Shown here in pieces: positions 27,266 through 40,232 of a stretch of 64,000 bases of DNA (positions are counted from its first letter, which is position 1; each line of letters begins with the position of its first letter). Source of the stretch: Octopus sinensis (Eukaryota); NCBI RefSeq assembly GCF_006345805.1, contig NW_021833447.1, positions 1-64,000 on the forward strand. Reading direction: 5' to 3'. A model generated the notes under the pieces. The model was not told where the DNA came from. It saw only the letters and a list, made by a program, of their open reading frames with translations, and searched no databases. The position numbers and the translations under genes are program-made.

Positions 27266-29223
27266 CACAACATACAAGCAAACTAAAAGACAAAATAAAT
27301 AATCCGAAATCCAAGCAGTGAAAACAATAAGTGGGCTAAAACACAGGTCCCCGTTGTAGCGAAGCAAACCTCTCAAACACTCGACCATATTACGTCTACA
27401 TAAGATACATAAATAAATAAATAAATGGCTGTATTGATAATTGCGGTCGAAGACACCAAAACGTCCTTGAAGTTTATACGTTCGAGTAACGTAAATAAGT
27501 GTAAGCACAAAAATAATGAGAAATCGAGAGAAAACGAGAAAAGCGCCATTTTATTTTGGAATGGAATTAGGCAATAGAGAAAGGAGAGAGAGATTGACTT
27601 CCGTTGAATCTCCGAGACAATACGTGGGTTAACTATAGACATTGTCTGCAACAGCAAAGTGGACCCTGCTAAAATCCCTATCTCTCGAAAGTAGATGGCG
27701 TTGGTAAACATATGGTCAGATAACGCCGACCATTCAACGAAAACGTCTGTTTAGTTACCATCTATTTAATAATATCACATCACAAAGCTTCAATCGACAT
27801 ATGTGTGTGATTGGAGATACTTCAATGCATTGAAATTAAATCCGGAAACACTCAATCGCCACAAAAAAAAAAAAAAGGAAAACCTTTACCCAACCAAAAG
27901 CTGCATCGTCAACTATGGTGGGATACAGTTATCGGTTCTCTTTACTGACAGAGAAAAATCTTCATACGATGGCCAAATGCTAGACTGAAATCGCAATTGG
28001 TAAAATATTTGGCAGTACAGTATGTCGTTTTCAAATTTCTGGCAGAGAGAATTGCGACATGGTGCTGTTTTTTTCTCACAGACGGTGCCCAACTGACCAT
28101 ACTATACTGTGTAGTCGACAAAATCAAAAACAAACAATGCGTAAAATTAAAGGTATAAAACGGTGACAATTTACCCACCGCACCCTGTACAAACACATAC
28201 ACACACACACACTTATATTATCTATCTATCTATCTGTATATATATATATGTATACACACATATGTATTACATTTATATTTGTAAGTAAATAGAAATGTAC
28301 GTGCTCAGGAATTTATCTTCATATTTCCATTATCACTATAGTTTGTGTGTTGTAGAAATTATTGCTATTATTACTGTTTTGTTTTATGTCGCTAGTTAGC
28401 GACAGATGGCCGTTAACGCGCCTTTATTATTATTATTATTATTATAGCATTTAGGTTGTTAACACTTTTACAACAACAATCGCCAAAGATCTATCCACGA
28501 CGTAACAAGGCACCAGTTCATTCTACGAAGCAATATCAAAGGAAAACAAATCCGCAGCAACAAAGTCGCACAACTTGGCGACTTGGTGCTGAGGCGAGGC
28601 ACGTTTATACAGTACAAAATATAGGGCCTCCATTTACATATATATATGTATGTATGTATATATATATATATATGAATATGTGTGTGTGTGTATGTGTCTT
28701 TCTAATTAGGAGCAGCGGATCTTGAAGCAAATAAGATTATGATTAATAGCGTGTAAAATACTGGATAGAAAAAGTAGAAAGCTGCCCTTTTGCTAGCCAA
28801 AAGCTTTCTCTGTATTTTCATGCTATTATTTATAGCTTTATTTACTTCGAGATCTATCGTTCCTAAAAACAAAGTATCATTTCACGTTCCCGAAGTTTCT
28901 AAATTCGTATGATATAAAGAAATTTATACATATATGTGAGTATACACATACACACACACATAAATACACACATATGTATTGATACTTGTATGCATTAACG
29001 CGGACACATTAACTTTCTAAAGTATATAAGTACACACACATCAATACTTATGCACAAATGTGCAGGACTATGTATAAATTCATACCCATTTGCAGAAACA
29101 GAGACACATGTATGTATATTTGCATGTACATAAACATGTATATTTACTCATTTTTAAATTTATATAAGCGATATATGTACCTCTCCCTATGTATGTATGT
29201 GTGTATGTATTATATGCACGCAT

Positions 29224-29265
<42 letters not shown>

Positions 29266-30897
29266 ACATGTGTGTACATCGTATAGACATGCAGTCAGTC
29301 ACGGCAATATGCAACTTCTTAAACGTTGGGATTTTTTGGTGTTGAAAAAAAAATCAATAATTGCAGATAATATTCCCGCCAGCAATGAGAGACTGCAACA
29401 TTGCATACTAGAACCGCCGCATATGTCAACATGGTAACATGCCATCTGATGCAAATATTTACAATGGTTCGCCTATTTTTAGATCCATCTTGTGGATTCC
29501 TCGGTTTACAGAAATTGTGTTCTTTAAACCATTCCACTTTTGTTTTGGTTAAACAACGGCCAGGACGCATTATTATTTGAGCTGGGACTGAAAATTAAAG
29601 ACTGTACTACTGTACAGTTTTATGTATCAGCAAACCATGCAGGAGATTTGCCATGATGTTGGGTGGTATAGATCTATCTTTGATATGCCATTACACCTCG
29701 CTGGTGTTAGTTGTATAAAATTGTTATGTCGTTCCTGCAGGTGCTTGACTATAGAAGTGTATAGTTCATGCCATTAAAATATACTTTGTATTGTATAGTG
29801 TTTGGAATGACGTTTGATGTCATTAAAGTCGACATTTATTAGATCATGTGTTTACAGATTTGATATCTCTTCCATGTAATACACCTGGTGGATCATATAA
29901 CTGTACAGGTGATCCATCATTAAACTAATGTTTTGAAAATTGCCGCACGAAAAATATGATTTTAGATTGTTTCACTAGTGTATAGGAATGCTTTATCAAT
30001 AAGTTTTATAGATTGGTACTTATCAAAATACTAGTCTATTCTTGTCAAAAGTAACGATAATTTGACTAATTATTGAGAATGCTTTTAACAGAAGCAAAAC
30101 CAATTCTTTCTTGCCGCAATATTCACAGCACACACACACACACAATACATTGAGCAATTTATTTTTAAAAGAAGCACAAACTTACGTCTGAGCGTTTGTT
30201 TACGCACGTACACGTGTATGCGTGTGTGTGTGTGTTTGTGTGTGTGCGTGCGTGCGCGTGTGTGTATGTGTGTGCATGTGTGTGTGTGTGTGTGTGTGTA
30301 AGGGAAATAACTCGCACTAATAGTGTTTCACTCATAAACACTCCAGCCAGTCTTTAATTTAAAGCTCTCACTGTCTGCCACCACTTCTTTGCCAACTGCA
30401 CCCGTCAAAGATGACAGATATCACTCATCCTTCCACTTTCATTTTATTGCCTCCACTAAAGCTCACTCGATTAGTTTAGCACGATAGCAGATAAATACAC
30501 ACAGCTAATTATCAAGAAGATTCATTTCTATGCACAAGAGCTCCTTCCACTCAAGGCGTCTTCGATTGCATTCTATGGCATTTTGAGCAAGTGCTTTCTA
30601 CAAATGTCTCGTGTCAATGGAAACATTGTAAGTGAACTTGAGAAGATGGAAACTGTAGAGAATCCCGTTGGAAAGTGTGTTGGTGTAATTCAAATGTACA
30701 ACTTTGTCCCACACTGCATCACACTGATTCCGCTTAGAATAGCATGAAGATTATACATGTCTCTGGATCATTTAGCTACTTACACGGTAATTTAATGAGC
30801 AGATATTTTAGTTGACCGGACAACTGAATGTTCATCATCTGATCCGGCGTAATTTTATTGTTGACTTTGATTAATAATATCTGAATGCACCATTCAT

Positions 30898-30898
<1 letters not shown>

Positions 30899-30955
<57 letters not shown>
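30899..30955. repeat. Long perfect (TA)n
   Basis: Uninterrupted TA dinucleotide run. Confidence 0.97.
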
Positions 30956-30957
<2 letters not shown>

Positions 30958-31153
30958 TAACACAGTTTATTTAAAAGCAACAGAAATATAAAAAAAAAGG
31001 TAGGATAATAGATATACCAGTGATGGAACAGTCCTGAACCGTAGAAACTGCCATTAACTTGATTGCATTGGCGTATAGATTTATTCGATAGATCAATAGT
31101 TTAAGCAATATGACTGATATATCTGATATTGGTAGAATGGTGCTAAACAGTAG

Positions 31154-31225
31154 AAGCTGCCATTGAAAGTGACAATATTGTGATATACCAAGCTGCCATT
31201 GAATGTGAGGATATTGTGATATACC
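31154..31225. repeat. 36-bp tandem duplication
   Basis: aagctgccattgaa(a/t)gtga(ca/gg)atattgtgatatacc at 31154 and 31190. Confidence 0.9.
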
Positions 31226-31923
31226 AATGATAAATGTCGGTAGAAGGGTTAAGGTTTACCGGTGGTTGAAGTGTACAAGAACACTAAAAACTGTCACTGA
31301 AACCGGTTGTACAATGTGAAAGTACACTTGGTATTCTAACATTTAAACAGTTCTACTTGTTTGGCGCGCTTTCCTGAAGTGAGCAAGATTCATGCAAAAC
31401 GTGGGGAATCCAACATAGCCAAAGCTAAAATGGTTCGAATCAACTACGGAACTAAAAAGAAAGGAAAAAAAAAAAGGAAAGGAAAGGAAAGGAATAAGGT
31501 AAAAAGAAAGCAGTAACAATAACAAAATAAATAGAAGTTAGAATCAAAAAGAAAGGGAAATAAAGAACAAGAAAAATATCTCGATACGATGAAATTTTTG
31601 ATTTTGACATGATTTTGCCGAAGAAAAAAGCTGATTTTTCTGCAGACAGATTGAAAGGAAATGGTTGTAAATGAAAGGCGTAAACGAGCGAAGAATAAAT
31701 AGCGAACACTCACTGAATAAATAAAGTAACATTCTGTACTTTATACGAGGACGTCTGCTATTGAATTAGTCTTTTAACATCCGGTTGTTTATCATTTTGC
31801 TTTATGTGATATCTTCACCACAACAGCAACGGAAGAGGAAACAATATGGACGATATCCTTCGTTCTGATATTGTTTGCTTTTATAGCCTCTTTATCAGTT
31901 TCTTCCCTTCTCTCTTTCTGTCC

Positions 31924-31961
<38 letters not shown>

Positions 31962-32432
31962 TACACACACACACACAAACTTTTCAGCATCTTAATATTT
32001 CTCACAAACATAGACAGTCATTCACACACACACACATGTATACTCACACAACCTCACTCTTTAAGATGTTTTGGTACATGTGCGTGCACAAACACGCATA
32101 CATTCCCACTCACAAACACAGTCAAGCATTAACCAACAGACACACACACTCACACACACACACATACATCCTCTCTATGTATCTTTATCTTTCTCAGATT
32201 CGCACACACGCCTTTCATTTTACTCAATGTCGCGCAAACATAACCATCATCTCTCTTTCATTTTGACTCATCCACACTATAGCAAGTGCAAACACACACT
32301 TTACTACTGCGACATACACACTTTAAACTCTCCTTTCCAGATCTTCATATCTTCCCATTCTTTCTCCTTTTGTAACATCTTCCGCACTCCATCTCTACTT
32401 CCTCTTTCTCACTCTCCTAAGACTCTCCCTCT

Positions 32433-32471
<39 letters not shown>

Positions 32472-32939
32472 TGTTTATATATATTCCATGTTTTTGTTCA
32501 GTTCTCTCATATAACTTCCATTGAAAGCCACCACCAGTATAACATCGCCCCCCCCATTACCTCCAGTCCATTCAACCCTCTTATCAATAGAACAAAATAT
32601 AGCCATTGTTTCTTTATGTGGCACGTAGGAATTATCCTTTAGTAAAGAATAAAAAACAACAATAGTTATAAACAAACAAACTCTCAAAAAGACAAAATAT
32701 TGTTAAACAACGTTTGTTCTACAAATGTCCTTTGATTCGAAGAGCAACAAGAGATTTCCTTATATGGATCACTGGAAATTTTGCACTTTATAGCGAGATG
32801 ATCATTACAACTTAAATATCTCCCGGCTTTTCCGTAACTGATCCGTTATATGTCGAAAACTGGAAACGTTTATTTAAACAGTTTCGTGACATTTTTCAAA
32901 AACAGAGGGAAATGTAAACATAAAAAAAAAAACGAGGTA

Positions 32940-33110
32940 AAATGATTGACTTCCGGTGGGCTGATTCTTCGATTGAGTGCTGTAACTACGTCACTTCCTC
33001 TACGTCACTAATGTCATTGCAAATAGTCAGTCGGAACTTCAGTGAACGCATATCATGATCTGATCTTATCAATGCATCCTCCTCCACGTAAGAAAGGAAA
33101 AGGTGAGTTA
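32940..33110 (+). promoter_or_regulatory. Candidate RNA Pol II core promoter / first exon
   Basis: ACTTCCGG (ETS) 32949-56, TACGTCACTTCC (CRE-ETS overlap) 32987-98, TACGTCAC 33001-08, TCAGT Inr-like at 33027 and 33039, donor AAG|GTGAGT at 33103. Locally CpG-retaining. Confidence 0.45.
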
Positions 33111-33457
33111 GGAGAAGGAGGCGGGGGAGACCGACGAGGAGGAGGGGGAGGAGGGTTTGTGTTCACCTGGACAAAGAAGTAGCAAACGACACTATTGGAT
33201 TTCGATGAAGCATCTTGAGCGTATGATTGCCAGCTACGCCCAGAAAATTACAGCCTTTTATATTCGCATTAAAACATAAGGAAATGGATCTCCATCGCTT
33301 ACTGCGAGGATATTCCTATTGATCGAACAACTGCATTACTTGCCCATAAATGGTCTGAAATTATTATTTTTTCGGTAACTCGTGATTCAGAAGCAGAACC
33401 ACCGAAACAGAAATTACTCTTGGGACAAAGGTGAAATACGAGTAGAAACCATTTGAA

Positions 33458-33670
33458 GGCGGCGAGCTGGCAGAAACGTTAGCACGCCGGGCAAAATGCT
33501 TAGCGGTATTTCGTCTACCGCTACGTTGTGAGTTCAAATTCCACCGAGGTCGACTTTGCCTTTCATCCTTTCGGAGTCGATTAAATAAGTACCAGTTACG
33601 CACTGGGGTCGATATAATCGACTTAATCCGTTTGTCTGTAGCCCCTTGAGGGCAGTAAAGAAAGAAAGTA
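33458..33670 (+). mobile_element. SINE family B, young copy
   Basis: ggcggcgagctggcagaaacgttagcacgccgggc..gagttcaaattccaccgaggtcgactttgcctttcatcctttcggagtcg..gtaccagttacgcactggggtcg. Confidence 0.93.
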
Positions 33671-33839
33671 TTTGATGACCTTCTGCACAATTTTTGCCAG
33701 CTAAGTTTCACTGATATGGCCTAGGTCAACTGCACTTGTTGATGACACCATAGAGTAAAATCGAACCGAGAATGTCGTGATTACGAAGGGAACCTATCAA
33801 ACATTCCACTATGTCATGCTACATCTAATAGTGGTTTGG

Positions 33840-34055
33840 GAATTTTGGTACAAGGCCAGCACTTGTCCAACGTGCTAACCGTTCTGCTAGTTCACTGTTT
33901 TAATAATAATAATAATAATCGTTTTTACTATAGGTCTTACCTGAAATTTGGGGGAAGGGGATAGCTGATTACATTGGCCCCAGTGCGTAACTGGTACTTA
34001 ATTTATCGACTCCGAAAGGATGAAAGGCAAAGTCGACCTCGGTAGAATTTAGAAA
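33840..34055 (-). mobile_element. SINE family B fragments (two, antisense)
   Basis: cgtgctaaccgttctgctagttc (head) at ~33870-33895 and a near-perfect reverse complement of the central domain at 33978-34043. Confidence 0.85.
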
Positions 34056-34319
34056 AATGAATAATACATAGAATCCCCAATCGCTGGTCAGTCTACCTTG
34101 GGTATTTCGAGAAAAACACCACACAAAATGTCCCGGATTACTCTGGCATCTCCAAGGCACAGGATGTGCCATCTTGCAGTTTCGTTCCTCCTACTTAGAA
34201 AAGCATACTCAGAGTTGCTCCATTCCGCTTCACTAGTGTTTCCGTTTTCATCTGCCTTTCAATAAACACACCGTGGTTCTTGATCTGAAGTTCTGATCAA
34301 CTGAACTACCAAGCTCATC

Positions 34320-34435
34320 GAGACAGTGAATAAGTGGCTGAGTATTCCCCAGACATGTGTACTCTTAATCTAATTCATGGACAGAATGAGCGAGACCTTG
34401 TATTGCAAAGTTGGACTTTTAAATTGTAGGTAAAG
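34320..34435 (+). mobile_element. Dispersed repeat family D (SINE-like)
   Basis: taagtggctgagtattccccagacatgtgtactctt..caaagttggac. A diverged reverse-complement copy lies at ~30690-30800. Confidence 0.55.
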
Positions 34436-34462
34436 CTTCCTATAATGCATGCATACTTACTT

Positions 34463-34504
<42 letters not shown>

Positions 34505-34665
34505 ACATGCACACACACATACATAGATAACGACGCTTTGTGAAGTAATTTTATACGTCTTTATATTCATACGTGTGACAAAACCCATAGAAGTATGTTT
34601 ATATCTTAACTCCTATACAATTGACAAGACGAAGTAAACAGAACTTAGGTCGAAATACACACACA

Positions 34666-34701
<36 letters not shown>

Positions 34702-34785
34702 AGTCACTAGATCGAACCGTGTAAAATACTTCATATACATTCCAAAAGCAGATTTAAAAGAACGACACAAAACAAAATAAAAGAG

Positions 34786-34828
<43 letters not shown>

Positions 34829-35068
34829 TAGCAACAACAACAAAAATAATAATAATAACAGTTGATAATACTGTAACAATAAAAAATAAGAAGTAAAAAA
34901 AAGACGAAATAAAAGCAGCTGGTGCACCTGCTAATAACAGCTTTCTGCATATAAATTAGTGCAACTGACAAATTGTATTGAAATTGTGCATTTGCTTGTT
35001 GTTTAAAATATATTTCTATCTTCATAGTTTAATGTTTTAAGTAATTGTTGTTATTTATTTATTTCTGC

Positions 35069-35099
<31 letters not shown>

Positions 35100-36835
35100 C
35101 TTATTCATTTCTGCTAAGTTGTTATTGTTATTATTATTATTATTATTATTGTTATTATTATTATCATCATTACTGGAGTTGTTGGTGTTAGTGGTGGAGT
35201 TGATGCTACTACTGTCTAAAGAAATTTAAACTGAATTCTGTTATATATGTGGTGGATAATATATATATACATGACATTGGTTTTTAACTCGTGAAGACAA
35301 TTTGTTCTATATTAACACACAGTGTGAGAGACAGGGTTAGTTACAGGGAAAGATTCATAGTGTGTATGTATATATATATACATATGCATACACACATATA
35401 CATACACATCGTTGTATATATACACAGCAACGCCCTAGGATTTAGACTTTAAAATTGTTAAGAGATATACCTCTCTTAACACGAAACTAATGGTAGCCTA
35501 GTTAACCCACAAATAGTGTGTGTGTGTGTGTGTGTGTACACAAATGTACATGTGTGTGAAAGTGTGTAAGTGTACTTGCTGTTGTCTAATCAACAAAGTT
35601 AGTGGGACGGATGAGGTCCAGGTGAAACATTAAATTTCTATTCCAGGCAAACTTGTTACAACCTTTCCTAACACGAATGTAGATATTGCGCCAAAACCTT
35701 TCATATTAGAAATGCCAACGTCAACATCATCTTTATAAACTCTGAGGACAAAATGCTTTATTCTCAATCCTGTCTTCCAGGAAAGATCTTAAGAAAACCT
35801 CGTGGACTGGTGAATGGTAATTTGAAGAAACATTTCTGCACACTCGTGTATTGAAGGAGTTTGAGCGTAGGACATATCGTTGCATGATATTAACAAAAGT
35901 AGCGCATTACAAGTGAGCTGTTTCCGACAGCTCAGGATCACAAACACCGAGAGCTGATTCTTGCAAGATTCAGAATCCTGATACTCGTAGAAACTCCTGC
36001 CATTCTCTAGCAGACTAACAGGAACATTCATAGGCACTCATCACCTCAGAAGCTAGATCGGATGTCAAATGTCACTCTTTAAGTCTCATACTCCATGAAA
36101 CTCTTACTAAAATCACCTGATAAAACAAGGAAAGAAAACAAAACAAAGAAGCATCATTTGACGGGTAGACCAGCACAAACGGCAGGCTCTTGACTGATAT
36201 ATAACACAAGACAATCCCTTATTATAGAACCTAATAGGGCTGTATCAAGATCTTCGGATAGAATTTCTATCCGCACTCCGTACTCTCTGAAATCGGTGAT
36301 GGATCGCAAAACTCGAGAAATCCAATTGTATACAGACTGATTTAATATGGATAGCTACCATGATACAATGTAGCATCAAATATCCCTGAAGGCGCAGCCG
36401 TTTATTGCGGATCGAAATAGCAAACATTTCAACCTGATTCGAAACCAATAACATCTATAGAGAAATTTTGTGACATACCTATAATCCATGTCACTAACGA
36501 AACGCTCACCATTGCTGATGTTTAAGTGCTACTATCAAATATATTTACACACACAAACACGCGCGCACACACAATCCCATCACTACGACCACCAAGTGTA
36601 TTTACTAACCATTGATATAGTAATACATCCTTTCATAAATCTGAGAGTCGAATGACGCTAACAAACTTTCTATCGATAGAAACACCAATGATATATTAGT
36701 TACAACACATACAACATATTGATTATTGCACAATATATGTTGACTATAATACTTATATATATCAAATACAACACTATATATTGATCATAAAACGTATATA
36801 TTAAATATAACACAATATATTGATTATAACATATA

Positions 36836-37348
36836 CCGTAAATCCTCGAGTATAGTCCGCCCTTGAGTATAATACGCAGGGGATTTTTAGAGGGCTGTAC
36901 CTCTGAAAAACCTAAACCTTGTATATAATACGCAACCCTACTCTAACTTGAGTCAAGGAGGTCTATATAACGTCCTTGGTTTGTATAAATGTATACGGTA
37001 ACGTCGTTTATTATTATTGTATATATAACATAATGCAAACGTGTAGCATTTTTGTGCATTTTGTTTTCAGAAAATAAAGAAATAGCAGTAATAATGTTTA
37101 ATAAATGTTGCTTACTGCAAGTTATGGGATGATTCTTTTATGACTTCATTGCTTTCAGGCTTAGCTTAAGGTATTTTCCCGCCCGACATCACAAAATGCG
37201 CTTGAATAAACATTGCCGGACAGCAAATAGAGACTTGGACATTGCTTAGAAAATAATTTTCATTTTTAACCTCGTATATAACACGCACTAGGGATTTTGA
37301 CCTTTAAATTTTTGGAAAAAAATGCGGATTATACTCGAGGATTTACGG
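36836..37348. mobile_element. pogo/Tigger-like MITE (non-autonomous TcMar)
   Basis: TIRs CCGTAAATCCTCGAGTATA / TATACTCGAGGATTTACGG (19 bp perfect), TA on both flanks, internal repeats of the GTATAATACGC-type motif, no ORF. Confidence 0.88.
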
Positions 37349-38640
37349 TATTAAATATAACACAATATATTGATTATAACATATAAATATATTATGATAA
37401 AATAATTAGTATATGATTGTATTTAAAATATACTAATTTGAACATTTGCAATATGTCGATCACAATATATATTGATTGCCACAGTATATCGACTATGTAA
37501 TTCCTATAGTGTACTCATATTATGATGTCTATAATATATTGATTGTAATAACTTCTGTGTTATGGTTATAACCCATGAAATATATATTGTAACAATAACA
37601 ATAAATTTATTATACACTCGTTCATCGATTTAAAACCTAACACTGTACTGATTGGGAAGAAATATAACAGAGTGATCATAAATCTGGTTGTTTCTAGATA
37701 AGTAATCGATAAACCAATTAGGATAATTCTGTGTCCTTTAATCCAGTGTCTCGATATTCCAATAATCCATTATCAACTTCAAGCAGTTGATTAACACGTG
37801 ATAATCCACTGGTTGTTATTTACATCCGAGCCAATGTTTATTAGTATCAACAACCCTGTTACCATGACAATATGTTCTACAGTGTTTGTAACTTCATTGA
37901 CTAGAGAGCGTAAAGAGCAGATTGTAATTAGAAAAAAAAAAGATTGCCAGAAACTATTGGAAGCCCGGATGTTAAATTAGTCAACGTAAACTAAAGAATA
38001 AGTGCAATGCCTACTGGGGAGCAGGTGCGAATATATAAGAAGTAGAGGGAGAAGAAGAAGAAGAAGAAGAAAAGGAGGAGGATAGAGAGAGGGGGAGGGC
38101 TGTTAGGTGTGTTCTTGGAGATGCGATAAAAGTTGCTTTTCAATAGAATTGCTGGAGACATCTTTTTGTCAGAAAATATGACGAAAATGAGATATAACAA
38201 CAACAACAACGATATTAATAACGATATCATTAACAACCAATAAACGAGAGTACGAAGAAAAATGAGACTTTTTAAACAAATAAATATATAAACTAATGAA
38301 CAGCAAAAATAGTTCTCCAATATTATCATTATTATTATTATCCTTATTATTATTATTATTATTATCATTATTATTATTATTATTACTTTTTTTTTTGCTA
38401 GCAAAATATCGACGAGACAGAAATTTGAAGCTATTATCAGATTTTTCTGAAGTGAAAAATCTAAAAGTGAAAAATAAATTAAGTAAAATATAAATAAAAT
38501 AAACCAAAAAAAGAGAAAATTAAACACAAAAATTATGAAGAGATAATCTTTTAAAAAATAGATAAAACTAAATAGATCATTTCAGAAAAAAAATATTTAA
38601 AAAAAGAAAAATTGCAACAACAAAATTGCTGAAATATGAC

Positions 38641-38702
<62 letters not shown>

Positions 38703-39580
38703 GTTTCCATTACTATACAAATATGTGCATGTATGTACACGCATGCGCGCACACATACAGATATAGATAGATGTATAAATTGCTTGAGTCAAAGATGGAT
38801 AGATAGTTACATATGTGTGTAGACCTATATAAAAATATGCTATCAACAATTTTTTTTATATAATTGTATATAATTAATATAAAATATATAGGCATAAAAT
38901 TTTGTGAGTTTGTGTGTATGAGTGTGTATGTACATATATATATATATATATATATCTATAATATATATATATAATATATATATATATATATTCATATATA
39001 TATATATCTTACATACATCTTATAGATTAGCGTACGTGACAAACAATACTATTATAAATACATATTGAGTGTATACTATAATATAATATTGAACTATTAG
39101 CCATTACGCGGAGTTTCGATGCAAGTCAGCCCATCGTTACAGAGTATCGTCACTAAAAAGAATATGTGCCTATATATATGTGTTTTAGTGCCTGCAGTGT
39201 GGTGGACAACCACAATATAGTAATAAATTGAGTTTAATATAATATGAAGGGAAATAGGTGGGACAGTGTGTACGGCGTTTAGTCCCATCGGGTATAACTC
39301 AGGGAATGTTTCAATCTTATAAGACCTCATCAGGGAAACGCAGTTCAGCCGTTATTATAGATCTTAAACGGTTATAGAAGTACATAGGATTTTTTTTTGT
39401 GTGATTAAGAATACAGTCATTATAAAATGCAATATTGACATTGGTAATATATCCATGGACACTAACTACATCAAATTTCAGAGTAAGTCAAAAGCATACT
39501 TAGATAAATATACTTTGGTTTGTGGATAACTATGCGTGATTCGAAAAAGTACATATGTCTAACTGGATACATATCTATAC

Positions 39581-39622
<42 letters not shown>

Positions 39623-40082
39623 CCACATACATGTATTTACATACATGTACATTAAGACTGAAGAGTGCATTAATTTATAGCGTAATATGTATGCGCATCT
39701 GAATGAATAAAGTCTTAAAGAACCTTCATTTGATTTCTTATGTAAATATATTTTCCCCAGACAATATGCAAATTATCAAGATGCAAATTAAAATACTAGC
39801 GCAGTAACAGACACACACAAAAACGTACCCATTCCTTCTATATGTGACTGTGGCTCAGGAAGGGTCTTTGATCCTTTTGATGTGTGTGTGTGTGTGCATA
39901 GATATACACCTGTATATATACACGCACACACATATGAACATCAGACGGGTTTACAGAGGTCCCTTTCAGCTAAGGAAAAATACATAGTAAAAAAAAAAAA
40001 AAGAAAACGCGAAACAATACCTTGTGGTGTCACGCAGTTGGACTAGAGAAGATCTCATGACCACACTGAGGTAACAGCGGCT

Positions 40083-40111
40083 ATGCATATTATATATATA
40101 TATATATATAT

Positions 40112-40161
<50 letters not shown>

Positions 40162-40200
40162 GTTATTTATATATATATGTGTGTATGAATACATATATGA

Positions 40201-40232
<32 letters not shown>

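Noticed and set aside
28555-28591. Hairpin cagcaacaaagtcgc..gcgacttggtgctg as pre-miRNA
   Set aside because: Only 37 nt and ~13 bp, too short. No match to conserved bilaterian miRNAs I could recall anywhere in the window (checked by eye only).
32561-32611. Minus-strand ACAATGGCT start giving MAIFCSIDKRVEWTG with a GAG|GTAATG donor
   Set aside because: Splicing to 31443 gives only a ~48-aa unrecognised peptide; no independent support.
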